From Okamejei kenojei (lineage: Eukaryota), in contig CM069153.1 in NCBI GenBank assembly GCA_035221665.1, forward strand, positions 15,376,001-15,440,000: 64,000 bases of DNA. Reading direction: 5' to 3'. Below, piece by piece: positions 12,348 to 23,919 of this stretch (positions within the stretch are counted from its first letter, which is position 1; every line of letters starts with the position of its first letter). The notes below the pieces were generated by a model. That model was not told the DNA's origin. It worked only from the letters and a program-made list of their open reading frames with translations, and ran no database searches. A program made the translations under genes and the position numbers.

Positions 12348-13782
12348 GATAGAGGGGTTGCTATTGATTTCTTTATTAACGTAAACCATTAATACATTTG
12401 AATCAATGTCATGGTTAATGCATTGTTGATTATTCACTCATCCTGAGTCAATCGATGCAGTGAGACGCCGGGATTGGAATCTGCGGCATGAAATCACAGA
12501 GCTTTGAAATCTTCACGGTATCACTCACGTGACTCAGAAGTAAAATTGTAAGATTAAACGAGAACTTGCCAGTTCGAAGTTTGATCTTTATTTTATGAGG
12601 AGTTATGTTGGTGATTACGTGCCCTCCACTCCCAACCCTCTCTCACAAAGGTCATCTGGTAGTTCTCAAGTTGCTGATCTTACTATGTTACTTCAATTAC
12701 TGTTACCTGTGATTTCACACCGCTGCTTTGAATATTGAAGCGCATGCGGATTGGCGTTATATGACCACTCTAATAGCCTACACTCATTGTAGTGTGTGAT
12801 GTATATCAGTAAATTATTATGCAAATATTCCTCTACTGTATTCCTAATGGGAGCAGTATTTTTAAGATGATTATGCTTTCAGCAACTGATCTCAGCACAA
12901 AGAAAGTCTTTACTCAATCCCTGGCTCAATCTCTGGGGTATAACTGACATTAGGGTAGCTTGTTAAGGGAATGATCTCATAAGTAAAATGGGCATGTTTG
13001 CGTACATTTTGAGGTTGACAGCATACCCACCAGAGCAGAGATTGGGGGTGTCATTAGGTATACAAGTGCACTGAGCTTGCTAGTACCTATGAGATGAAAG
13101 ATACTTTCTTTTTTGATATTCAATAGTCTCAAGATATTGCAGATGGCTCATTAGCAGCCAATAGAATGGATATTTCCCTTTCATCATACAGCAAGAGGCT
13201 TACATAGTGCATGTTAATAAATTAAGAAATTTGGTTGGATATTTGCAGATAGAATTCTGCACAGTATTGCATGAGTTATTGTCTAACTCAAAGTCAATTG
13301 GGACTATGGTCCGGTTAAGAACAATGGCCATGTATGCAAGTGTGCATCATGGTATTAATAACCCATGTTTTTTTTACCATTAATGGTTTATATGAAAGCA
13401 CAGAGCTTTGAAGTCTTCACGTAGTCACTCACGTGACTTTGATATAAAATAGAAAGATTAAACGAGAACTTACCATTTGAAGTTTGATCTTTATTTTATG
13501 AGAAGTTGAAGTCGAAATGTGCCCTCCACTCCGAACCCTACTTCTCATAAAAATCATTTGGTAGTGCTAAGGTCGTAATAGCTTAGGTCAGCAACTATTC
13601 TGTGGTTTCATACAGCTGCTCTAAAGATTGACGCGCATGCGGACTGGCAGGCTCTTCACATATTCCCTCACTTCAACTTCTCATAAAATAAAGATCAAAC
13701 TTCAAACTGTAAGTCTCGTTTAATCTTTTTATTATACAGAATAGAGGAGCAGATATTATACAGAATAGAGGAGCAGATAAAA

Positions 13783-13892
13783 TGTGTAGGAAAGTCTGAA
13801 GAAGGGTCTCGACCTGAAACTTCGACCATTCCTTCTCCCACAGATGCTGCCTGTTCCACTGAGTTACTCCCGCATTTTGTGTCTATCTTCAA
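13783..13892 (+). mobile_element. PLE-derived short tail repeat with hammerhead-like motif
   Basis: gtctgaagaagggtctcgacctgaaac...gatgctgcctg..ctgagttactcc..cattttgtgtct, same unit as the PLE termini elsewhere in the window. Confidence 0.8.
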
Positions 13893-15621
13893 AAGAAGAG
13901 GATCTTATTTTAATTAACGATTGTTCTATAATTAATGAAAGTTACTACATTATTATTATATCTGATCTTATTTAATGTATTTGAATCAGACATTACGGAA
14001 CAAAGTCACTCAGTTTAATGTGACTGCGCTGGCTCTGTGACAAACATTTTCCTTTAACCTCACTCTACCCTCAGCATAATTTTTCTTGCCTTCAACTAAA
14101 TAAACCAAAACTGAAATGGAAACTTTGCTCAGCAAATTTTCCCTGTTCAAGTATTTAATTAATCACATTTTGAATTGCTCCTCTGAATTTGTTTTCACTA
14201 CCCATTCAGGCTATGCATTCCAGATTGTAAATATATTCAATGTCACCCTGTTTTTCTTTAGCTCCACATCCTCTGAAAACTGGGAAGCATAGTGGAAGCT
14301 GCACCATTTAATAAAAGCTGCTCCTGCATTTCAGATTTTCACAAAATCTCCACTATATTTAATCCTATTCCACTATGCATTCAATCAGTATTTTCTGGAA
14401 TATGTTTCTTTCACCTTTTCAGAGCAGTGTTTTTCCAATTGAAATTATTTTCTTTTCCTCATTACTTTTTCAATTTGTTTGGTGTTAAAAGGAAATCTTT
14501 GGCAAGAGATCCACTTGTAAACACCTGAAAGTAAATTACTTCTTAAACTTCCCTGTTCTCAGGAGTACAATTCAGTCCCTGTCTCTTATAACTAAAGCTC
14601 CTCATCCTTGGTTCGATTCTGGCAAATACGCTCTGCATTTTCTTTAAATCCTTTTCTAATTATATTTTTTAAACAGATCCCCAGGAGCTTAAACATGGTT
14701 GCTGCTCACCTTCAGTGCAGTATATATCAAGATGAATCCAACAGAATGACATTTTTCATACTGAATGCATTATTTATTCGGCTTTAAGAGAATAATCTCA
14801 CACAGAAGCTTATTGTTTATTTGCACAAATCCTCCAAACACTTCATTTACACCTTTAAATAATGGCATCTTTAAATTCAAGTCCTATATATGAATGATAG
14901 CATTGAGCTCAAGAGTGCAGGCTGCAAAATAGCAAGGCAATGACTCCAATGTAACTCTCCAAATGAACGTGTATTATGTGACTGATACTTGCAAATCCGT
15001 GATCTGGGGATTATATTTCAAAGTGTAAAGAATGAACAGGATTATATTTTCATTTTCTATGAAATCTAAAACTCCCATTTGGAAAATAAGCCTCCATCTG
15101 GTAGGAATCTGTTTGCTTCCTAGAATTTCTTCTCGAAAAAGGCCTGCAACCTTGTGAGCAATCCCAGTGTTATATGCCCTCAATAGAATACATTTTGTCA
15201 GTTTCCAGTTATTTTAAAACATCTAGTGAGGTTATCTAATTAGGCAAACAGTATGAGCAATTAGATGAGCTGTCACCGGACGTGAATAACTTGCATTATT
15301 TATCAATGTGTTTTGACCAAAATTAAATGGATGTTGTTTCCATAGGTACACAGAGAGAGAAAAACGTATTATGCCCCTGTAAAGATTGTGATGGATTTAT
15401 CTGACAGACACATCTGAATGTGGTTCGCATTTTCAAAGACAAGAGGTTATGATGCTCTTTTGAACATTTTAAACACTTCTACTGCTCCGCTGCTTTCAGC
15501 TGAATGATGGTATAAAGTATCGTTAACATGGAGGTAAGGTGCAATATCGCCATAAGATGGTTGAGTATTGGGGTAATGATGTAGTATTGCTTGACACTAA
15601 TCTGCAGAGAGATCAGGTCAA

Positions 15622-15990
15622 TATTGATTTCTCTAACTTCAAGTAACCCTTGCTTTTCCTCTCTCTCCATCCCTCCCCTGTCCTCATTCTCTGACCAGAA
15701 TGACTTTCCCCCTGTTTAAATGTTATCTGTATGCTTCATTTTCACCTTCTCCTAGCTAACGATGATCTATTCTACATTTTCCTTGATCTATATCTCCTTG
15801 GATGTCTCATGTTCACACCTTGCCCTTCCTTATCTTTGTGTATCCCTCTCACCTGACTCTCTGAAGAAGGGTCTCAACTCGAAACGTCACCCATTCCTTC
15901 TCTCCAGAGATGCTGCCTGTCCCGCTGAGTTACTCCAGCATTTTGTTTCTATCTTTGGTGTAAACCAGTATCTGGAGTTCCTTCCTACAC
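15622..15990 (+). mobile_element. PLE 3' UTR/terminal repeat fragment
   Basis: Begins at the ORF-end motif attgatttctctaacttcaagtaa, followed by a pyrimidine-rich UTR and ctgaagaagggtctcaactcgaaacgtc at ~15861. Confidence 0.8.
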
Positions 15991-16539
15991 CTTTTGTCTA
16001 TTATGGACCTGTTAGCTGAAATAAATTTACACATCACTATTTAGCATTTCTGTGGGTATATTGAAGAACATTGAAGATTTTCCTTAGTCAGAGTCCACTG
16101 GGAATTCCAAAAAGGCCATATGTAGTGAATGAAATTGTTCCCTGTGTTCCTCTTGGAGCTGTCATAGGGTGATAATCATATTCTGCTCCCACCGGTGTGG
16201 GACTAAGTCTTGGTCAAATAAGAAAGTATGCAGTCCATGACACACCCACTCTATCACCAAAGTCACACAAACCACAGTCTCTGCACTGTAGTATGCAGAG
16301 AAAGTTTGGATTTGCAGATGTTGAGACAATCTCTAAGCTATTTGTGACTTGTTCAGTGACCTATTCCCTCATACTTAACATCTGCAAAAATAGATCCTCT
16401 ACAATCTTCTCCCTCTGAATAATATCATCAGGTCTCCCACCTAAGCAACCAACAGTATAATTCTATGGATTCTGGAAAATAGGGACTGCTTACAACGTGG
16501 GAACCACCTGTCAATGAACATGTAATTGTGCACCACTTC

Positions 16540-17050
16540 CCAAATTACTCATCTATCGGGCAGCATAACTGGAGAAAAGGGATGGGTGATGTTTCGAATC
16601 GGGACGAATTCAGTCGGAAGAAGCATCCTGACCCGAAATGTCATGCATCTTTTTTCTCCAGTGATGTTGCCTGACCTGCTGAGTTACGCCAGTAATGTAT
16701 GTCTATCTTTGGTATAAACCAGCATCTTACAGTTCTTTGTTTCTATACATCTACCTGTCCTGTCAGGTACTTCAGTGCTCTTTCATCACCACCTTTGACA
16801 GTCTGCACATCTCACTTTGGTCTCATCAACCAGCTCAAAATGCTTAGAACCCTTCACCCCAAGCACCACTTTAATAAGAAAAGAGGGCACTCATTTAAAA
16901 ACTCAAGGTACTGCTGTGGGTCAGGCAGCATTTGCAGAAGAATCCTGACCCAAAATGTCTCTTATCCATGTCTTCCACAGATACTTTCTGATGCACTGAG
17001 TTACTCCAGTACTTTATGTTTTGCTCAAGAATCCAGCACCTGCAGTTCCT
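16540..17050. repeat. Two inverted (head-to-head) pairs of PLE tail units
   Basis: At 16540-16750 and 16895-17050 a minus copy (gcagcat...gatgtttcg) is directly followed by a plus copy (gacccgaaatgtca...ctgagttac). Confidence 0.65.
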
Positions 17051-17609
17051 TGTCTCACTCATTTCTGATACCAGTGTTTGATTTCTGCTGTGTGATCTTA
17101 TAATATCAGAGAGGAGGGTCATCAGAAAGTTTCTTAAACTTTGAAGTTCACATCTGATTAATTTAAAACGGAAAATAGTTTTTTTTTAGTTAGCTGCTTG
17201 AATCAGCCGAGGGGTTTGGGAGTGAAGAGTCATATATTGGGAAGGGCAATAATCATTGAATCTGTCATTAAGAAATTAATCTTTACTGCTACCCTGGAAA
17301 AGGAAAGATAAGGGAACCTCTGTCATATGAACAAGTTTCATACAAGAACTGACAATGGGATCCCAGTTCCAGCACTCGGGCAAGATTGCCAAGTCATTTT
17401 ACCCAGAGTTGTGAATCTGTGGAATTCTCTGCCACAGAAGGCAGTGCAGGCCAATTCACAGGATGTTTTCAAGAGAGAGTTAGATATAGGGTTAACAAAA
17501 GCAAGGAATATGGGGAAAAAGCAGGAACGGAGTTCCTATTTGTTATGTAATGAGCATAATGGCTACTCGGTATAAGTTTTTAAAACACACTTGACAAACT
17601 AAAGAGTAC

Positions 17610-17900
17610 AATGGCACAGCAGTTGGTGTTGCTGCATAGTTCCAGTGTTCCAGGTTCCAGGAACTATTTGTGTGATGTTTGCATGACCCTCCCGTGACCA
17701 TGTAGGTTTTCCCTGGGTGCTCCGGCTTCCTCCCACTTCCAAAGATTTGCTGGTTGGAAGATGAATCCCCCCCCTTGTGTGGCAGGAGAATAAGAAAGTG
17801 TGTGAGAATGGTTACAGCACAGGGGAATGGGACTGATGGAGATGGTCCAAGAGCCAGTGTTGATTTGATGGGCCAAATGGCTTCCTCCGGCGCCATGTGA
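17610..17900 (+). mobile_element. Degenerate HE1/V-SINE
   Basis: V-domain-like gggtgctccggcttcctcccacttccaaaga and CR1-like tail gatgggccaaatggcttcct. Confidence 0.65.
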
Positions 17901-18234
17901 TTAGATGAAAATACAACTGATCATTCATTTAAATTAATAAAACAAACTATTTTCTTCTTGAAGCCAATGTCACCTATCTATTAGAATGTTGATCATCATG
18001 CTTGTTCCAACTTCAACCAAGTTAATTTAACTCTAACTTTGCACCAACAACATCCAGGCCAGCATCCTGGTCATGGCCGTGCATGCGCACTCCCCCACAA
18101 CCCCGACCTCACGGCTTCCAACGCCCGACCTCTTACCTCTGACTCATGGACAGATCTCCCAGCCCAAGGTCTGGGAGACCTGCTGAAGTTTGTGCTGCCA
18201 TCTTGTAGCCCAAGAGGATCCATCAGAGGAGAAG

Positions 18235-18660
18235 AAGAGCAATGGGCTTGTACACTTTGGAGTTTAGAAGGATGAGAGGGAATCTCATTGAAACATGTAA
18301 GATTGTTAAGGGTTTGGACACACTAGAGGCAGGAAACATGTTCCCGATGTTGGGGGAGTCTAGAACCAGGGGCCACAGTTTAAGAATAAGGAGTAAGCCA
18401 ATTAGAACGGAGACGAGGAAACACTTTTTCTCACAGAGAGTGGTAAGTCTGTGGAATTTTCTACCTCAGAGGGCGGTGAAGGCAGGTTCTCTGGATGCTT
18501 TCAAGAGAGAGCTGGATAGGGCTCTTAAAAATAGCAGTCAGGGGATATGGGGAGAAGGCAGGAACGGGGTACTGATTGTGGATGATCAGCCATGATCACA
18601 TTGAATGGCGATGCTGGCTCGAAGGGCTGAATGGCCTATTCCTGCACCTATTGTCTATTG
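18235..18660 (+). mobile_element. CR1 (HER1-like) LINE 3' end
   Basis: GLYTLEFRRMRGNLIE..TRGHSL..FFSQRVV.LWN.LP..FKRELD, followed by a 3' UTR ending in (ctattgt)n. Confidence 0.92.
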
Positions 18661-19351
18661 CCTATTGTTGAGGATGTCCACTATATTCTGTTTTGACTGA
18701 CCATAGAGTGCAAAGGGATAATCAAATATAGCCTGCATGGAAAACTGCCACTTCAGAAGATAGTAATTATATTTACAATTTTGCGGTTGTATTGAATACA
18801 ACAATACGTCCCCCATATGAAATAAACAGTAATTGCAATTTAAAAGCATTTGTATTAGATTTTATTTTATTTCCAGTTAGATTAAAAGCCACATGGCTTG
18901 CAGCAGTTGCAAAAGATGTGTCTGGTTGCAGTTAAGCATTGTCTTAATCTTTGGACTGATCAGATTCTTATCCCATTGCATGTCACTTCTATTCAAAGAT
19001 AATCTGGCAGAAATTGTAGGGCAAATATTAAGCAGTAGTTAATGAATATTTCACACGTGGATAGATCAAGAGCTATAATTTTCCATAAATTACTGGAGGA
19101 TTTATCAACATGCTAATCTATATTGCTCTGCCATTAACCATGATAAAACGCACAAAATAATCTTTTCACCATAATATTTCCCATTAAAGTTCATGACATC
19201 CCAAAAAAAATTGCTGGATTTCTGTCATTAATGTGTATAAACCTGAGTGAAGACATTCATAGCTGACAATAAGGACCCTATAATTGATGTGAATTATGGA
19301 GCAGAGGCAGTCTAGCTTTGAAATCCAGAAAGAGAGCAATAAACTTCTCAG

Positions 19352-19450
19352 CCTTAAGAAGGGTCACGACCCGAAACGTCACCTATTCCTTTTCTCCAGA
19401 GCTGCTGCCTGACCTATTGAGTTACTCCAGCTTTTTGTGGTTATCTTCGA
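19352..19450 (+). mobile_element. PLE-derived tail unit with hammerhead-like motif
   Basis: aagaagggtcacgacccgaaacgtcacctattcc...gagttactccagc. Confidence 0.75.
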
Positions 19451-19851
19451 ATGAACTTCTGGATTTGTGCTTAGTGGTTAATGAATTATTCCAAAAAGAC
19501 TTTAAAAATGTTTATCTGTCACCGAAGCATAGCTCCAGTATTCTGGTGTAAAAGGGGGGAGCAACTTTTTGTAAGGAAGATTTAACTGAGCAACTGGAGT
19601 ACGGTCGTGATGTGAATATGTATTTTGAGTGCCTTTGATTCAGTAGTGGTGAGGTATTTAAAGCTTGTATGTTTTTGAAGTGGATGCAGTTGTTACTGTG
19701 AAGGTCCATATTTTGTATTGGTAGTTTTGATGTAGGGTGACAATTACTTTTAATGCCAGAGCGCAGAACTAGCCATTCATCCAACCAAGTCTGCATTGAC
19801 CCCAAAGCACCTATTTACATGAATCCCCATTTTGGTTTCCTTCCCTCAACT

Positions 19852-20430
19852 ATTGGGATGTTATGTTACAATTGTACAAGATGTTGGAGAGGCTGTATCT
19901 GGAGAATGTGCTCAATATGTGTGCAGTTTTGTTCACCCTGTAATAGGAAGGATGTTGTTAAGCTGGAAAGAGTGCAAAGAAGATTTACGAGAATGTTGCC
20001 AGGACTTGAGGGTCTGAGCTGCAGGGAGAGGCTGGGACTTTATTCATTGGAGGCTGAGGGGTGATCTTATAAAGGGACTTAAGATCATCAGGGGAATAGA
20101 TAGGGTAAATGTACATAATCTTTTACACAGAATAGGAGAATGAAGAACCAGAGGACATTGGTTTAATTTGAGAGGGAAAATATTCAATAGGAGCATGAGG
20201 GGCAACATTTTCACACAGAGGGTGGTGAGAATATGGACCGAGCAGCCAGAGGAGGTAATTGAGGCAAGTACTATAACAACATTTAAAATACATTTGGACA
20301 GGTACAAGGGTGGGAAAGGTTTAGAGGGATATGGGCAAAATGCGGGCAGGTGGGACTAATGTAGGTGGGGCATCTTGGTTGGCATGCCAAGTGGAGCTAA
20401 AAGGCTTGTTTCTGAGCTGTATGACTATAA
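19852..20430 (+). mobile_element. CR1 LINE 3' fragment
   Basis: CVQFCSP..RKDVVKLERVQRRFTRMLPGL and FTQRVVRIW..PEEV..FKIHLD, ending in a gctgtatgact tail. Confidence 0.9.
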
Positions 20431-20579
20431 CTAATTTTAGCAAACTGAATAAATGCAGAAGAATAGTAGATGTAATTTTTCAGATAATAACATTTTAGAT
20501 CATGTTATTTCACTAACTGAAGTGGAAAGTGTAAGATTCCAGGGATGAAAATAGAGCCATCTCTCTGTGATGTTTGCAG

Positions 20580-20687
20580 CTCTCCTCTGCCAGGGTTTTC
20601 CTGGTATTCGTCCGAGACCCACTGTAAGCCTACTGATGCAGAGTTTAATCATACTGCGGTTTGAAGCAACCTTCAGATTGAGAGAAG
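20580..20687 (+). other. Candidate exon of an unidentified host transcript
   Basis: Unique sequence with acceptor tttgcag| (alternative ctctgccag| at 20593) and donor AAG|gtgagc. It is 108 nt long with one fully open frame. Confidence 0.3.
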
Positions 20688-21051
20688 GTGAGCTGGATGA
20701 TTTCATTTTTGACTATTGACTCCATTGCTCTTATACAGCAGCCACACCTACTGGCTGTTTCATTGATAGTGTTCACGAGAGCTGACTCTAAATGCTGTGG
20801 ATCAATGATATGCATTTTCCATGCCCACACTGCTGTTCCCTTAACAGCTCCTTAAGACTCGTACAAGAATTGCTAAAACAAGCAGACTACCATGTTGTCT
20901 TCTACTTGTCATTTTATATTGTTTCCTCGCTCACCTTTTCATATATCCTTCCCCTTTATTCCTTCTTTTTCTGAATAGTTTGATCCTGATACCTCCATTT
21001 CCTTCTGCTTCATTCAAGTTTTTTCTTTATCCTCTACCTTTCATGGCTTAG

Positions 21052-21096
21052 ATGATATAATATTGAGCACAACATTCATGAGCACCCAACTGCAAG
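21052..21096 (+). other. Candidate 45-nt exon
   Basis: Long pyrimidine tract plus ttag| acceptor and a consensus donor AAG|gtaagt. Open in phase with the 20580-20687 candidate. Confidence 0.35.
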
Positions 21097-21574
21097 GTAA
21101 GTAAGGCCTAGACTATTTTTATATTTACATTCCAGCAGCCTATGGCTTGAATATAATGCAATGTCTACTTAATATTATTCACTTTGAGATTAGCTTTTGA
21201 AATATTTTTAAAGCCATTACAAAATGTACTTTTCTTTGAAATATTTGCTTGTCATGTGTTTTTTTTAAGCATCATTTTTGTTATAAAAGTGATAATTATT
21301 TCAAAATAAATGCAGAAACATTTTCTTCAAATAAAGTATATTTCACGTGCTATTATTTGTGAAGCTTTGAAATTCAAGGGCTCTGAGGTGATGCTTGCCC
21401 AAACAAATGTTTAGATTAAAATATTGACTAGCTGGGACATGTTGGTCGGTGTGGGCAAGTTGGGCCGAAGGGCCTGTTTCCGTACTGTATCACTCTATGA
21501 CTATATGGAAAATCACCAAAATAAGTGGTCACAACATCAATAAAGTCTGTTGCAAATTTGCTCACATTCAGTGA

Positions 21575-21885
21575 AAGACTTTAGACTTTACTTTAGACAT
21601 TGGAGACATTAGCAAGAAAGCAGGCCTACCGAGTCCGCACCGACCAACGGTCACCCCGTACACTAAAACTATTCTACACACTCTGGGCAATTTACAATTT
21701 TACCAATGCCTATTAACCTACAAACCTGTATGTCTTTGGAATGTGGGAGGAAACTGAAGCACTCGGAGAAAACCCACGCAGGTCAGAGGAAGAGCATACA
21801 GTCTCCCTACAGACAGGATCCGTAGTCAGGATCGAACCTGGGTCTCTGACGCTGTGAGGCAGTAGTTCCACCGCTGCGCCATTGC
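21575..21885 (-). mobile_element. HE1/V-SINE
   Basis: On the minus strand: tRNA-like head with A box (tggcgcagcgg) and B box (ggttcgatcc), V-domain tttcctcccacattccaaagac, CR1-like tail and (tctaaag)n. Confidence 0.88.
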
Positions 21886-23184
21886 AGTACCTGGATTTAA
21901 TTGGAATGTTCATTTATTTCAGCGTAAAGTTTTCATTCTCTTCCATTTATTAACTGTGAAAATGGAGAATCTCTGGAAGATTGCTGTCACTATTTCAAAT
22001 AGCAAATCACTGACCCGATAAAGATGAAATACTTTGCTTGCATTAATTGGATTTGCCTCCTGCGTTTGTTGCCTTGTGCCCTATGCCACAATCCAATTAG
22101 AAATGTGTGAAAATGTGGAATAAGTTATCAATAGTGAGGCAGTGAAACCTACAGTATCTATCACTGACATCAGGAATAATGTTACCTCTACGAGATTTAC
22201 AATGCTAATTTTTGATGAATTTGCGATAGCTTTGAAATTAGATTAGTTGGCAAAAACATTTTTGCTTAAACCCACTAAAGCCTCAAAGCCTCATTGGTAA
22301 ATACTCAATCCCTATTTGTAAAATGTCAGGAACATTTACAGTAATTCAGTGATTTTGATCAGTAAATTGGAATTTTGGTTGACCATACATCAATGTCACT
22401 TAAGGTTAAGTTCAAATTCTGATTGTCTAAGCAGGTAAATAATATGCTGAATGAAGGATGTGTACTAAGCAAGGACATTGGGGCCTCAAAGGTAGATGAT
22501 GCTGTACCCATTTAACAAGCAATGTCCAATCTATCAAAGGCATCAGAATCATGTATCATTCCAAAGGTCCTTCAAATCTAAATAAAACCATAAACTAAGA
22601 ACACTGCAACATGCTAACCCATTAATTCTAATAACATTTTACGTTACGTCATCAACAACAATGTAGATGACTACTTCACAGAGCGTGGAAACAAACCTTT
22701 CAGGCCAATGCCCACGCTGACCAAGATGTCTATCGAAGCTAGTCCCATTTGCATATGTTTGACCCATATCCCTAAACTTTCCTATCCACGCAGGCTCTTC
22801 ATATTGTAAACTGAATGTTGGGAATTAAGGGGAGCCTGTTCTTAAGCTAAATACACTGTTCAGGGTTTAAAATATGGAATATAGATGTTGGTGAGTGTGC
22901 TAAGTAGTGGGACAGAAGCTGCAATGAAGGTAGCATTTTGGGTGCACTCAGTCAAATGAAAATATGACTGTGTTACAGACTGTGTCAACGAGTGTTTGAG
23001 TCAGGTGACGTTGCACTCGTGAATGATTACACAGTACATTTAGTGCTGAGAACATAATACAAACTAGTGAGGCCATTGATTTTTTTTCTTAAAAGAGATA
23101 ATGGCAAACTCAATATAGTGCCTGTAATATCATAAAATAACACAGTGTGCTGTAACAGGTGAACTAACAAACAAAATCTGCCAT

Positions 23185-23460
23185 CGTGCAGCAGGGTGGC
23201 GTAGCAGTAGAGTTACTGCCCTACAGTGTCAGGGACCCGGGCTCAGAGTTTGTATGGTCTCCCTGTGGCTTGCGTGGGTTTTCTCCGACATCTCCTGTTT
23301 CTTCCCACACTCTAAAAACATACAGGTTTTTTGGCTAATTGGCTTGATCATAAATGTAAACATGTCCCCTGTGTGTGTAGGGTAGTGAGACCGCTGGTCG
23401 CTGTGGACTTGGTGGGCCGAAGGGCCTGTTTCTGTGCTTTTTCTCGAAACTAAACTAAAT
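23185..23460 (+). mobile_element. HE1/V-SINE
   Basis: ggtggcgtagcagtagagttactgcc head, tgggttttctcc..cccacactc domain, gggccgaagggcctgtttc tail, (ctaaa)n end. Confidence 0.88.
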
Positions 23461-23919
23461 TAACTTTTGAGGAGGCATCAGGACAAATTAACCAAAGCAA
23501 AGTTAAAGCAATAGACTATAAGCAGTGTCTTAAATGTGGAAAGAGTGGGATAGGAAAGATTCTGGCAGTATGAGGGCTTGACCATTAACTGCAGAGAAAT
23601 TTACTTTGGGAATTTGAGATGGGCCACAACTGAAGACCAGTAAAAAGCTTGGAGAGTTATCGAGTCAGGGTAAATCAGAAGTCAGACATGGGAAGTGAGG
23701 AGGACATGGAAGGATTTAAATGCAAAGCTGAGAGGGGTTGTCTGACCTGATGCAGGCATGGGCAGATGTATCTGCACCAAATAGACTAGTGCAGTAAGCT
23801 GGTGAAAATGACGAAGAGCCATTTTTTCCCTCATATTGGATCACAGATACCACAGACACGTGCAGCCAAACCACACTTGTCAAACTACAGTGAAGTAATC
23901 AGTGAAGGACTAGTTCCAT

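Larger units (their letters stand above)
5554..12756 (+). mobile_element. DIRS1-type element B nested in A (gag/RT/RH/methyltransferase/YR remnants; both ITRs truncated)
   Basis: Starts attctactttggagtcacgtgagtga. RT-like LDDIL at ~10340, methyltransferase-like PPFCLISRVLK at ~11225, YR SHSTRAASTS..AGWS at 12170-12260. ICR at ~12510-12620; right ITR breaks off at 12756. Confidence 0.85.
2751..13733 (+). mobile_element. DIRS1-type tyrosine recombinase retrotransposon, element A (degenerate, interrupted by element B)
   Basis: Left ITR attttatatcaaagtcacgtgagtgac...ccgcatgcgcgtcaat (2751-2813). ICR at ~13414-13520 is complementary to both ends. Right ITR plus extension at ~13626-13733. ATT is shared at both junctions. 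Coding region is decayed. Confidence 0.85.

Noticed and set aside
14700-14765. Minus-strand micro-exon candidates (here and at ~37400-37432)
   Set aside because: Splice-site support is weak or isolated and the peptides are unrecognisable; this is expected by chance.
21800-21885. tRNA genes (also at ~23190, ~37120 and ~63875)
   Set aside because: The A/B boxes are tRNA-derived SINE heads continuing into a V-domain and CR1-like tail, with no complete cloverleaf.
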